From Sporopachydermia quercuum (Eukaryota), in assembly GCA_001599295.1 (NCBI GenBank), contig BCGN01000002.1:1798001-1862000 (forward strand): a stretch of 64,000 bases of DNA. Direction: 5' to 3'. The notes under the pieces were generated by a model, which saw nothing but the letters and a program-made list of their open reading frames with translations, ran no database searches and had not been told where the DNA came from. Made by a program: the position numbers and the translations under genes. Positions 1 through 11,928 of this stretch are shown here, piece after piece (position 1 is the stretch's first letter; each line of letters begins with the position of its first letter).

Positions 1-1559
1 ATCTGTTTGTTTCAGATAAGTTTTGAGTACGATGAGCTATGTGGCGCAGAAAAGTAATTGCAAAAGAGTGTCGTCTATGCCAAAGTATATACGACGACGT
101 ATAAGCAAAAGGTTTGATAATTTTTTATTGAAACCACTTCTACGTTGAAATGTTGTTGAAATGAATAGTGTAAAGTCAATGGGTATAATATGTGTAACAA
201 CAATGTGGTATCACCACTCAACAGTGTACGGGAAACAGCATACTCAATTCGGAACATGATCCGCTGGCAATTGGCGGTTCAGATAGTAGTTAGATTGCTA
301 GCAATGTCCATGGTAATCTAGGCTTCTAAATTTATGGAAGTTAGTTAATTTTGACTGCAGAAAGGTAGGTAAAATAGTAAAATGTTCCGACTGTTAAGAG
401 AATATGTTAAATGTCAGAATTGTAATTTAAAGTTTGACTCTGATTAAAACAAAAATAGGGTTCTGAGGTAAAATAGGCTGTCTGTATTCTTTACTGTGAC
501 AAAAAGTCTTTTGTATTCCTTGCATGAGATTATTTTTCATTTGTACTGAACCATAATAATTCTGTACATTATCATGTCAGAGGACACTTTCAGAGTTGCA
601 GACATCACTACATTAATTTGCACATGCTTTATACAGGCAGCCAAAGAAAATATTATTCTCATTTGCTTCCCTGCAGGATATGATCATCTACTGAAAACCA
701 AAATAGAAAATCTAGAAAATCTCAACCAGCTAAGAGCTAATGAACGAGCTAACTAGTTGTCTATTCGGAATTGGTGTTGGGGCTTCCATAAGAATAACGA
801 ATGAAAGCTGAACAGAAAGAGATACTTATATGAATCACGGGTTAATATATAGCAAGAAGGAGCTAATACATATAATGCACTAGATATCTATTCACTCTTT
901 CCTCGTCTTAATTAATTGTCAGAATGGGTAGCTAGGACCACAATAGAACACTTAACATTAGGAAGGCACGGGTACCATAATTCTAGAAACATAGATAAAG
1001 AACCTAGAAACAACTTTTGTCATATGTCTTTCAAGGGGAATGAGGGTTCAGTCTTCTTCCAAATATATACAGTAGCATTCGATCAATTGATACGTATCGT
1101 TCCTTCTTTCAGAACGTCAATTTCGATCTACTAATAATTATAATTATTGCCAGACATTCATCGGAAATAAAGTTTACTTCCCTACGTACTAAATTTTTTA
1201 GTAGTTTCACTTTATTTGGATAACCGATTGAAACCGCTTTGGCAATATGAACTCAAACTGGGATCATGCTAACTGAAAATTTTAGTCAAAGAATCAAGTA
1301 AAAGTAAACATAATGGTCATGTGACTCTGTTAAATAGGATGTAAAACTTCAAATAGTTCCCAAAGAATGAAAGTATATAAAATCATATATGGAAATAATA
1401 TGCAGCGAAATACCTAATATGGGTTAAAATTCAAACCAGTGGCAACTTTAATGCGGCGTTTCACTTGCATGAGTACATTAAAAACATAGTTTAATATGTC
1501 ATTAAAAACCTTCATAAGGTTTAACTTTTCAAGCCTTACAACTTACAGAGGAACGCATC

Positions 1560-1581
1560 TTTTTTTTTTTTTTTTTTTTTT
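1560..1581. repeat. poly(T) tract (22 nt)
   Basis: Uninterrupted T run in the long intergenic region upstream of the HSF-type gene. Confidence 0.9.
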
Positions 1582-4500
1582 AATTTAGAGTACAATGAAG
1601 ATGTTCAGAAATCTGCGGGAAGAAAAATTTGAAAGCCGAAGATTGTATGAATAAAAAATATTACTAAAATAATTGTTTACCCAAACACCTACCAAGTTGG
1701 ATTGTTGGCGGAGGAAAATTGTTCAGTTTGAAAAATTATTTGCTATTTGCTCTCGTTAAACCTTTGTTCGATACTTTTCAAAAGCCAACTGTATAATATA
1801 TATACGAGGGAGCTATGTGACCAGGTATTACAAAAACTAACGGCATCATCTTCGGTCTGTTTTTATTCAAGTATACTAGGGTCCTTAGGTATTGTAAAAC
1901 CAGTAATTAAAGTAAAAAACTTGGGGCAGATTTTGTAGGTTTGATTTTTTTCTTCCCTCAGTTAGATAAATCCTAAGTTGGCTGTTTCATTGATTTTGAA
2001 AGAATTCAAAAGGGTGATTCAATCCCATTACGATGACTCTCTAGCAATCACCTTCGTTTCATAATTACTGACCTTCACCCTCAACTCACCCTTTATATAT
2101 TATTATACATTATTGTTCCAAAATGTCAAGCGGAGGCCCAATTTGGACCCAGCTTTTTCGATCTGATTGATACTCCTGTTGCAGCATCTGAAAAACAACT
2201 CTTTGATTTTAGGGATGTGTATTATTAGACAACAATCAAGCTTATAGATTATAGTTGTTCGATCACATTTCTCTAAGGAACTTAGAAGCAATCCTTCGCC
2301 TGCAATTGAAATCTATGCAAAATTCCATTCAAAGCTTTGCAATAATACTTAGTCTCAATGTAGGTTAAATAGAATATAGGGTTAGAAAAAGGCTTGTTCT
2401 CCCCTCAGTACTGATAATGAAAAGTGATTCATTACTTTCCATCGGCGTTACGAGAATTAATTACATGCAGTTAATGAGCCACTCTTGAGTTTCTCGGAAA
2501 TGATGCATCTAATCTCGGATAATCTTCTATTAATCTTCTATGAAATATACAAAAGCTGAGTACAAAGGCAAGAAAGCTTCTTTCTACCTGTGAAAAGTTC
2601 CCATATGGGAATACTTGTTTTAGAAAACTAAAAACTATCTTTTGTAAATTACAGTTTCACTAAGTTATTATCTTTTAATTTAACAAACTTTTACGTTATT
2701 AAATTCTATTCAGTCAAATCAATCACCCAAAACAGATAACTGAAAAACATTCGATCTCATGGCTACAACTCCGATTCTAAAGCTTACAATGCTTCTTATA
2801 TTGTTGATCTCATTCATTTTAAATGATGAGACAATCAAAATACGAGCTACGCAGATTAAGGTTTACCAGCTTTGAAACTTTGATTCTCGGAGACGAGTAA
2901 ATCTCAAATGTTAAAAATCAAGTTTGAATAATTTTCAATAGGCTGGATGCCGAGTGTTTTTGACATATTGACAAAGTAGAGCCTAAGAGATATAAGAATA
3001 CAAAAATTGGAAAAAGCGTTCCACAAAAAGATTACCAAGTACCTACTACTTTACTTTTTGGCCAATTTATTGATCTTAGTTTAAAATTTTAACACGAAAT
3101 TCATTGACACATTATTCCCATACAACTTCCATTTGCTTTCCGTTTCCTAAAGATGGGATTTAGCTTTCAAGCTAAGCATAAATTGATCACTAAATGGTAT
3201 TGCTAGTCAACGTTATTACATGCGAACAACCCAAACCCTAAGTACTAACCTTAACCTAAACTATCTTATCCGCTAAGCGATAAATTTCAATAGCAGAAGA
3301 ATTATTGCTATAGCAAAAAAGGTGATATGAGAAGGAAGGTTCATAATTTTCCAGCGAGATGTATCCTCGATTCACGACTCAATACTTCTTATCGACACTT
3401 CTCAGTCCACAATGCAGGTACTCTGACTTTCAAAACATGGCTAAATGTTCATAAAATCTAGTGCTTTAGCACTATTAATTTTGACCTTTTACGCGATCGA
3501 TATTGATATGTTTTCTCAGTTCAAGTTTGCTTGTCAGGCTCAGTGTGTCATCAAGTTAAATTAAAATTTCACCGAGTTGAATTTTGAATATGAATCGGCA
3601 TTTACATTGAGGAGCATGTACTGCCTCAAATATCACATTCTATATCATCCACATTTCGTCACTGTGTTTGGTGTTCTAGACTAACATTTAAGAACGAAAG
3701 GGATCAAATTATTGGGGTAATCGTGGTATTTGTTTATTGTTAGATAAGTGTAGCTAGGCCAACTTATGACCTGATTCGCACATTCCGTAAATCATTACTT
3801 GACTGAAAAACATGGTTGTGTAAAACATATTTTATCTTGTAAGCAAAATCCAAGCTTCACATTCATCTTCAACAAAACAATAGTTAACAAAGAGAAATAG
3901 AGTGGACCCTATCAACCAAAAATATCAGCCTTGGATCAAAATAGTGCCAGGATTGGACTATCCCTCAAGTTTTTTTCGCATTCTTCTTCATACATCTTTT
4001 CCTAGTCAATTCTGAGATCTTCAGATTCAAAACCCTATTTATTATTGTGCTAGGTAAGTTTGTACTTTTCCCATTGTTCCAGATCTTGGTCATACACTTC
4101 CTAGCGTTGTTATCAAAATTTTCACTATTCAGTCATACCTTTAACTTATCGCATCTTGTCATTCCATTTTATTTACCTTACAGAAGCGTTCGAAGCATAG
4201 TAAGGTAGTTATTTTGGAAAGCCGATCATAATCGGCTTTTCGAATCTTCCCTAGGTTAAAGTTCATCATTCCCTATATTAAACTTCGATACCTAGACATG
4301 TCAGAAAAATATCAATCACCAATCCAGCAATACATCAATGCAATCCTCCATATCTCTTTCCGTACACTATTATGTTCTTTTATTTTCAAAGTTCAAGTTT
4401 CATGCAGGTGTTTTCAACTTTAAAGCTTCTGAACTTTATATATTAGTCTTTCAATTCCCTGCTAGCCGCCCAGAAGTAGCCTGTACGCCTAATAGCTGGT

Positions 4501-5763
4501 AATGACTCTAGATTAAACCTATGTGCCTCAGCGTCTTGAAAATGGCAAGAATGATAAAGAAATCAAATCCTACCTGATTAAACTCATATTTGTAAATTCA
4601 CGAATTGCTCCCAGTCAGTGAGTAGTCCAAATGAAAAATAGGATATTGTCCTAACACTTGTATGATCTTGAATTATTTTGAGCTAAGTTGAGTTGTCCAG
4701 AAGGATTGGATTTAAGCTCACCAAGACTTGAAAATGAAAATCTTACGATTTAGGAAAGACATTATTTTACTTTCTTTTTTAATACTAACCTGCCAACCTG
4801 AGACATTATGGTTTCGTCAATCTTAATTAATCTGTCTATATCATTACCAATTTTGACTTGTTATGCATATAAGTCGCATGATAATGCATATATGTATACA
4901 TATATAACATACTCAAGCTAAAACTAAAGTTTTTGATATAGAACTTAAAAAGAGTTTAGAAAAGATTTCAATCATTGTTAGGAAATGAACTTTAAACAAA
5001 CTAAAGTAAAAGTATACTTTTTTCAAATCGTCCGCCTGACACTAGTTCTTGAAATTTTTCCCATAAATAGTTCCTAACATGTAAATGCTTAATTCCACCC
5101 GTTTATTTCTACCGTACAAGAAAACCATCAATTTTTTAACCTGATTTTTCAACTCCTTCCTGGATATTGCAGTACTTCTTTTCCTTTACTTTTCTTTCCC
5201 CACTGACAATTATATAGAAGTTATTCCATAATTAAACTACAAATACTGGTCCAAACAACAATTCGATCAATTTTATTTGCATTATCTTATTGTTGATGAA
5301 TCAGTTCAGTTGGCAAATTATTTATATCATTATTTAAATTATTGTTTTGACTGCTCCCTTAGCACTTGCATACATTTGGTTGTATGCTATATGAATCAGC
5401 AAGTGATCAATCAATATTTGTTCGATATAGAGCAGAATTCTGAAAACAGAAGAAGAGGGAAAGACGCCTAGTAATTATTAACCATTATTGTTGTTATTTT
5501 GGACTATTAGCAGTACAAACAGTGGAAGGCAAAAGAACTTTTGATTACTAGTTGTCAAAGTGAATAACAACTAGTGAAGTACCCGGCTTTTGGAAACAAA
5601 CAGAACGTACTCAGTAAATGAATTTGATAAAACCATTATCTCATAGAAATAATTGTGATACAAGATTACAGCATAAAACGTACGGTTTGCTGAAAATTCA
5701 TCGTNTTTCAAGCAAACGGAACTCGTTTCACTCAATCTATCATTAACTTCTTCAATACAAGCA

Positions 5764-7848
5764 ATGCATGAAGGAAAGAAGTCAGCGTTTGCTTTCAAGC
5801 TTTATTGTATGCTTGAAGATGCAGAGTTGGCTCATTTGATGTGGTGGACTAACGATGACGGAACATTTGCTTTGAAACCTGATACAGAATTTGCAAACTG
5901 TCTCAACAAATACTTCAAACATGGAAATGTGGCCTCATTTGTTCGTCAGCTACATATGTATGGTTTCCATAAAGTCAATGATATGCAGTCAAGCAATAAC
6001 AATAGTTCAAGCAAAAGCAGTGTTAATGCAAACAATGATCCTAATGAAACAATATGGGAATTCAAACATAGTCAAGGCAAATTCCGAAAGGGGGATCCCG
6101 ATTCTCTATCACAAATTAAAAGAAGAACTTCAAAAGCAAATGATAGATCCTCAAATTCATCATCAGTGATCAATTTAAGTCACGCTCATCCTCAAAGAAA
6201 TCATTCTCCTGCTCATTCAATGCAGTACCCTTATCCTCCGATCCAATCATCTTCCTTTCAGCATTCCCATCTACCTAATCATATGCAACAGGACATATAC
6301 ACCATTCAAGGTCAAATGCCAGGCCACATCCCTAATCAGATTTCCGGTCCAGTATTACCACAAGGCATTAGTGGACCCAATTCTTCAATGCAACAGCATC
6401 TCCAGTCTCCTTCGCATGCATCCTATCTACAACAGCCAACAGGTGCCCCTCAACACCTTCAACCTCCAAGACCTAATTCCCTATCACAACTACCACTACC
6501 TCCAACATCCAACACACATTTGCTTGGTAATGGAATGACTTATGTACGTCCAACAAGCATGCCAATTGGTGTCTCATTATCATCTATCAACGATCACAAT
6601 GCAATCAACAAATCACCACTAACACGTCAGGTGAACCTAATGAACCATGGAAACTCTACTCTTGCTATTCCAGTCACTGTTTATACAGATGCGGAAAAGG
6701 GAACGAGTGAAGAAAACTCAAAAGAGCCTCAACGTACACTATCCAATGCTGAACGGAATGAGAAAATTTTATCTGGGCAAGCGCAACCATCTGAAGTTAT
6801 TGATTACATAAAAGAACTGGAAGCTCAACAAAAGGCTTTGGCAGATAGCAATACTTCTTTGAATCATAAAAATGAGGAATTGATAGCTGATTTTTCTCAC
6901 TTCCAAGATGATTTAACAAAATTAACCAATTTATTGCCAACGCTATGTCAAATGTTTGTCCAAGTGAAAGACCAGCTGAAAGAATTACCATTGAGTAACG
7001 AATACAGGTTTTTAAAAGAGAAGATGGATGAGTTTGAAGTAACAGGAGCCAGGTTGGCTCATGAAATTAAACGACGATTGGATTCTCATATTGGCGATGG
7101 TGAAGGCGTCGTAAGAAATGATAATGCTAAGAATCAAGGAAAAATACCGGCAGTATCAACATCTCTTTCGCCAGGGCGTCAGATTGTTTTCCAATCGACA
7201 TATAGACCTAAATCTAGGGTTCCTTCAGTGTTCTATGATCCACTGGCACCTGCACCTGCACCTACTGCTCCTCCACCAACAAATAACGGTATTACAACCA
7301 AACAGGAACTGGAAGTAGTCCTTCCAGAACAAGGACATAGATCTTTACCTGTTATTGGAAGGACATCTGATCTTTTGTCATTGACTAACAACCGTTCATC
7401 CTCCTACTCTACATCTAGCAGTACTACATCATACATTCGTAAGGATTCCTTGGCGAGTCCTGCGATTCCTTATTCAAGACGTTCTATTATATCCACTGGC
7501 CCTCATGTTCCCGGTGTTAATTCTATTACTAGCATAGCAAATTCACATGGTAAGCCTGATTTCAACGCTTTCAGAGGATCATCTACCACTAGCCTATCAA
7601 GCAGTATCAGCCTCATGTCACGGGAATCGGCTTCATCTTCAATTTCAAGCGTTGATTATGGTATCCCTATTTCGTCTACTATGAAGAAATTCCTTACTGG
7701 TGAGTCGGGACCTGTTAATAGAATAGGTCGTATTGGAACACCACCACTAGTTGGACTTAATAGTAGTAATGGCAACAGTAAGAATAATCTGAAAAAATCC
7801 TCGTTTCTTAATTTATTGAACCCTACAGAAGACGATTCAAAAGCATGA
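5764..7848 (+). CDS. HSF-type DNA-binding transcription factor, Sfl1/Sfl2/Mga1-like (694 aa)
   Basis: N-terminal HSF domain (FAFKLYCMLED...YFKHGNVASFVRQLHMYGFHKV...WEFKH...FRKGD), P/Q/H-rich region, coiled coil (YIKELEAQQKAL...), S-rich tail. No receiver domain, so not Skn7. Confidence 0.85.
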   Translation: MHEGKKSAFAFKLYCMLEDAELAHLMWWTNDDGTFALKPDTEFANCLNKYFKHGNVASFVRQLHMYGFHKVNDMQSSNNNSSSKSSVNANNDPNETIWEFKHSQGKFRKGDPDSLSQIKRRTSKANDRSSNSSSVINLSHAHPQRNHSPAHSMQYPYPPIQSSSFQHSHLPNHMQQDIYTIQGQMPGHIPNQISGPVLPQGISGPNSSMQQHLQSPSHASYLQQPTGAPQHLQPPRPNSLSQLPLPPTSNTHLLGNGMTYVRPTSMPIGVSLSSINDHNAINKSPLTRQVNLMNHGNSTLAIPVTVYTDAEKGTSEENSKEPQRTLSNAERNEKILSGQAQPSEVIDYIKELEAQQKALADSNTSLNHKNEELIADFSHFQDDLTKLTNLLPTLCQMFVQVKDQLKELPLSNEYRFLKEKMDEFEVTGARLAHEIKRRLDSHIGDGEGVVRNDNAKNQGKIPAVSTSLSPGRQIVFQSTYRPKSRVPSVFYDPLAPAPAPTAPPPTNNGITTKQELEVVLPEQGHRSLPVIGRTSDLLSLTNNRSSSYSTSSSTTSYIRKDSLASPAIPYSRRSIISTGPHVPGVNSITSIANSHGKPDFNAFRGSSTTSLSSSISLMSRESASSSISSVDYGIPISSTMKKFLTGESGPVNRIGRIGTPPLVGLNSSNGNSKNNLKKSSFLNLLNPTEDDSKA

Positions 7849-8936
7849 GTGTGTTCTTAGTTTTACTTGTAATCAGTTAATGGTTATTTCTTACTCTACT
7901 TTGTATAATTTCTAATGTTTAATGTATATTAGCTGTAAACCTTTTTTATTTTTATTTTTCTGGTATACTTTACTGGTGTTGTAGTGAATGTAGATTAGGT
8001 TTTTGTTTGGTCTGGTGGAGATATATACATATCAAGTGTATTACTTTTGTTAGAATGGGGTCTAGGTAATTTATTCGAAGGAAATTGTTAAAAAGTACGT
8101 AAATCTATAAACAAAGTGTTGATGACATTGATACATTGATAGTAGCTATCTATCAGCAAGCAAGTATCTGTTCATGGCAACTGAAATGATTCATTTCCAA
8201 GTACCGCGTTTCCTGCTACTCAAAAAATAAATAGGCTTGCTTATGATGAACATTTTACGAGATGAATTGTCTCAAAGTACCCGCGATAATGAATTTATAC
8301 AGAATGAACAGAAACATTAATTTATTGGGAAGCAATTGTGTAACTTTAGACTCATTAGACGTTGATTATTCTTAAAATTTACCTACAAACTTAACTGCTA
8401 TTGAAAATAGTAAGTAACAAATATATAAATCGTATAATCATTTTGACACTTACTTGTTTACCTATTGAAAATGAGAAATATTAAGTAAAGTGGATTGAGT
8501 ATGCGATGAGAAATTAAGTTCATACCTAACTGTCCTTTGAGTGGTCATTAAATTCAATCGTCTCAGTTTACCGAATCTGGCATTTGTTAGAATAACGTTT
8601 CGAAGAGACAGAATTGGGCGATTGTATATAAAATAATTTATATTGTATTATGGGAGAATGAAAAATAAGGCAAATTTAGTGGAACAGGGAATCTATTAGC
8701 TCTAATTTTATTAAAGTTCTCCACTAAAAAGATATAATGGAATTATGTGAACGCTTTCAGTAAATAATTCTTATACTACGTAGTTGTGTTACAAAGGTAC
8801 CAATCCCCCATTTTGATGAATGCAGTTGCAGTATCAAGAAATCCATTTTGGAGCTTATTTCTCACGACAGGATTTTCCTGACTGTCAACTAGATCGTTAT
8901 AATGATGTATATTTAACTCTGTCGTCAAGAGTTACT

Positions 8937-8968
8937 TGTACAATTGTTCAAATGTACAATTGTTCAAA
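8937..8968. repeat. 16-bp tandem duplication (TGTACAATTGTTCAAA x2)
   Basis: Two exact adjacent copies. Confidence 0.85.
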
Positions 8969-11928
8969 TCACACAAGTAGAACTCTACCCTGGCTAAACT
9001 TTATCTTGTTTCGTAAAGCGTAATAATACTCTACTCAAAGGTTATTATCAAACGAGATTCCACAAATTTCCCATGTGAAAGGGAAAATGGAATTCTATGT
9101 TATTCGGATGTATCAACTACATACTAACAGTTGAAATAGTGGTTGTTGTTTTACGCTTGAAGCTGTCTAGAATCTATGAAATTTCATTTTAACAAGCAAT
9201 GGATCTTACTGTNAAAATTTCTTCAGGATATGTTGAAAAATAATTATGGAGTTCATTGTCGAAATAAACGAAAGCCTAGTAAAGTAAGAAAGTAGTGGTT
9301 CAATACTTCTAATAATGTTAAAGTTTCAATAGTGCTGTATGAGTGAGTCTCTTGTATTGACTGTTATATATTTCTCACCGAGATTATCTTCAATTGCTTT
9401 GATTTTAAAGTATAACTCGAGTCTAGTCCGAGTTCTAGAATACAGCTGAACCGTTTAACCCAAAAATAGTAGTATCTCTTGTTTATCGGGATTGGCTCTA
9501 CAGACAGATAAGTCCTTACAAAATAATTGGGAAGAGTTTATTTGAAGTTACTATCAGTTTCAAGTGAATAATTGACATATTGGCTACTCTAATCCAAATT
9601 GTTTCCACGACTGTTTGAATATTATATTTATTTATAAACTCGGAACTATTCACATATATTAATAGATTTATTTTGACAGCAAATCCCAAATAGAAGAACA
9701 GGGGTATGACTTTTTGGTCTCTCTGACTTCAAATGTTGATCATTTGTTATCATTCCCATTTCAAACAAATTGAACATCCACATTATTGTTGTACCTGTTA
9801 TAATGAAAGTTTCAGGTATACTTGGGTATTGTATATCAGTTCGATGCGTCTGTTATTGTTCAAAACAATTATCGTGCTCTATCTGAAACGAATAAATGCA
9901 TTAATTACTTAGATACTCTCAAAAACTTGCACAATTAAAATAGACCTCTATATCCCACAATCTAAATCAAATCTGAAAAGGAACAAGGGGAAAGAAGCTT
10001 CCAACTCCTAAAACCAAACGAAAAACATCAGATGAATAAGAATCTTTCAATAGTTACGGGCTCATTCTTAAATAACTATTCTATTTGTCATAGAAAACGT
10101 ACATTTACAATAATCATAGCTACCACTAATTGGATTGAGAGTTTTCTCTTGTGTTTACTTATGCCTCCATGACCTAGCAAAACTTTCAATATTAACCTTC
10201 AGCATAACTCAGAAAAACNATTCATTAAATGAAATGTTGAATTTGATATCCTGGGTTTGTTAAGTAAAAGTGATTAAGATTTGAGTAATTATATTTAAAA
10301 AAAACCCCGTCTTATATTATTCAAATAATAATAATTATCGGTATAAAAATAAGGTTTCAATTAATTATTCAAACTTTGTGGTATTATTAGAAAAGATATT
10401 GATGGAATCAAATCTGAACCAAAGGAGCGCCAATTCATGAAGTTGATTCTCGAAGCGGCAATGGAAACCTCGGATATCACCACCATAAAACATTATTGTT
10501 CAATTCCACAAGTACGCTGGTGATAGAAAATTGTTGAAGTTATCATTAACTCTCAATTTGCTTTGATTTATTATTATTTAATAATTACTATCAATTCTGT
10601 TGTTAAGTGTACCACTCTGATTGATTACTTATTCACTTCTCACCCAGTCGTGATTCGTAGATTGAACAATAATGATGAGGTCAATGTTGAATACACGGGA
10701 AGTCTACGACTTGCCAATTTACTCTGATTGACCGTTCTTGCGAAAAACTGTCTGCCACTTTTCATGATGAGAGAGGTGCTTTGAATATGGTAAGAACATA
10801 TTAACATAAATTGGTTTCCAGAAGGATAGCTAACATCTAACATAAGGTTTAGGAAAAGCGGAAAGAAGAACTCTATATAAAGTTCATGTTTATTTTGCTT
10901 AAGGTTTAATAAGTGTTGAGTCAAACTGCGACAGATTCTTATCATTACAGTATTTTTCCTGACAGGCACAAGCAAAACATGTTGCTTAGCGAAGTTATTG
11001 TTGATGGTTCCTCTATCACTGTCAAAAGGTAACTGTAATTCATTGAAACAAATCTGAATCCCAATCATAATCACATCATTTCATAACACAATAACATCAA
11101 TCAATTTTGACCAATCACACCAAAACATGGTTAAAGAAAGAGACAAATGAACTGAACTGAATGCCTTTCTATATTAGGTATTGTCTGACATACGAGACTC
11201 CTGTTCGATAAATCATGACACATGTATTATTTTTACTGGACATCAGTATTCCATTTAGTTACATAACTTATGTCAATAGCTGTACACTACTTCACCTAGC
11301 TTCACATACGAAGCCATGTGATCGACCATAACTTTAATAAGTCATTTAGAAATCCCGAGTCACAAGAAGATATGCACTTCTGCTTCGATGTTCTTCTCCC
11401 AATTTCGCATACGAGCAGTTCAATTTGTCTTTTTCTTTTTCTTGGCTATATCGTTTCTTCACTAGGACTATTTCACCGTACACTTACTTATATCGCTACG
11501 TACCGTATGTCGCTGCAAATAGACATTCGCAGCGATACACACTTTCACTACAATGCAACCTAACGCAGGTGAATTTCTTTTACGACAACTTTACCAACAA
11601 TTTTCTGTTCTTTAAATTTGTCTCAGGTGTCCTGTTCTCTTTTCTCTTTTACTCAAGTTGCTACAGATAGCTATTTTCAATTTTGCCTTCTTCCGTACAT
11701 TTGTCCTGGTTTCTGATTCCGATTTGCCCCTATAAACGTCATTCTGCCAAACTAGTCCTTTAGCGAAGCAAAGGGAGAAAAAGCATTAAGCATTCTATTG
11801 AAGGATGTAATTGTTTACAATCCATATCTCTCATTTTAACAAACACCTAACTACACAATTGTAGAGAATCTAAAGGTTTTTTAAAACCAAATGGCACTTT
11901 AGCATATTACTTGTCATGACTATTGGCA

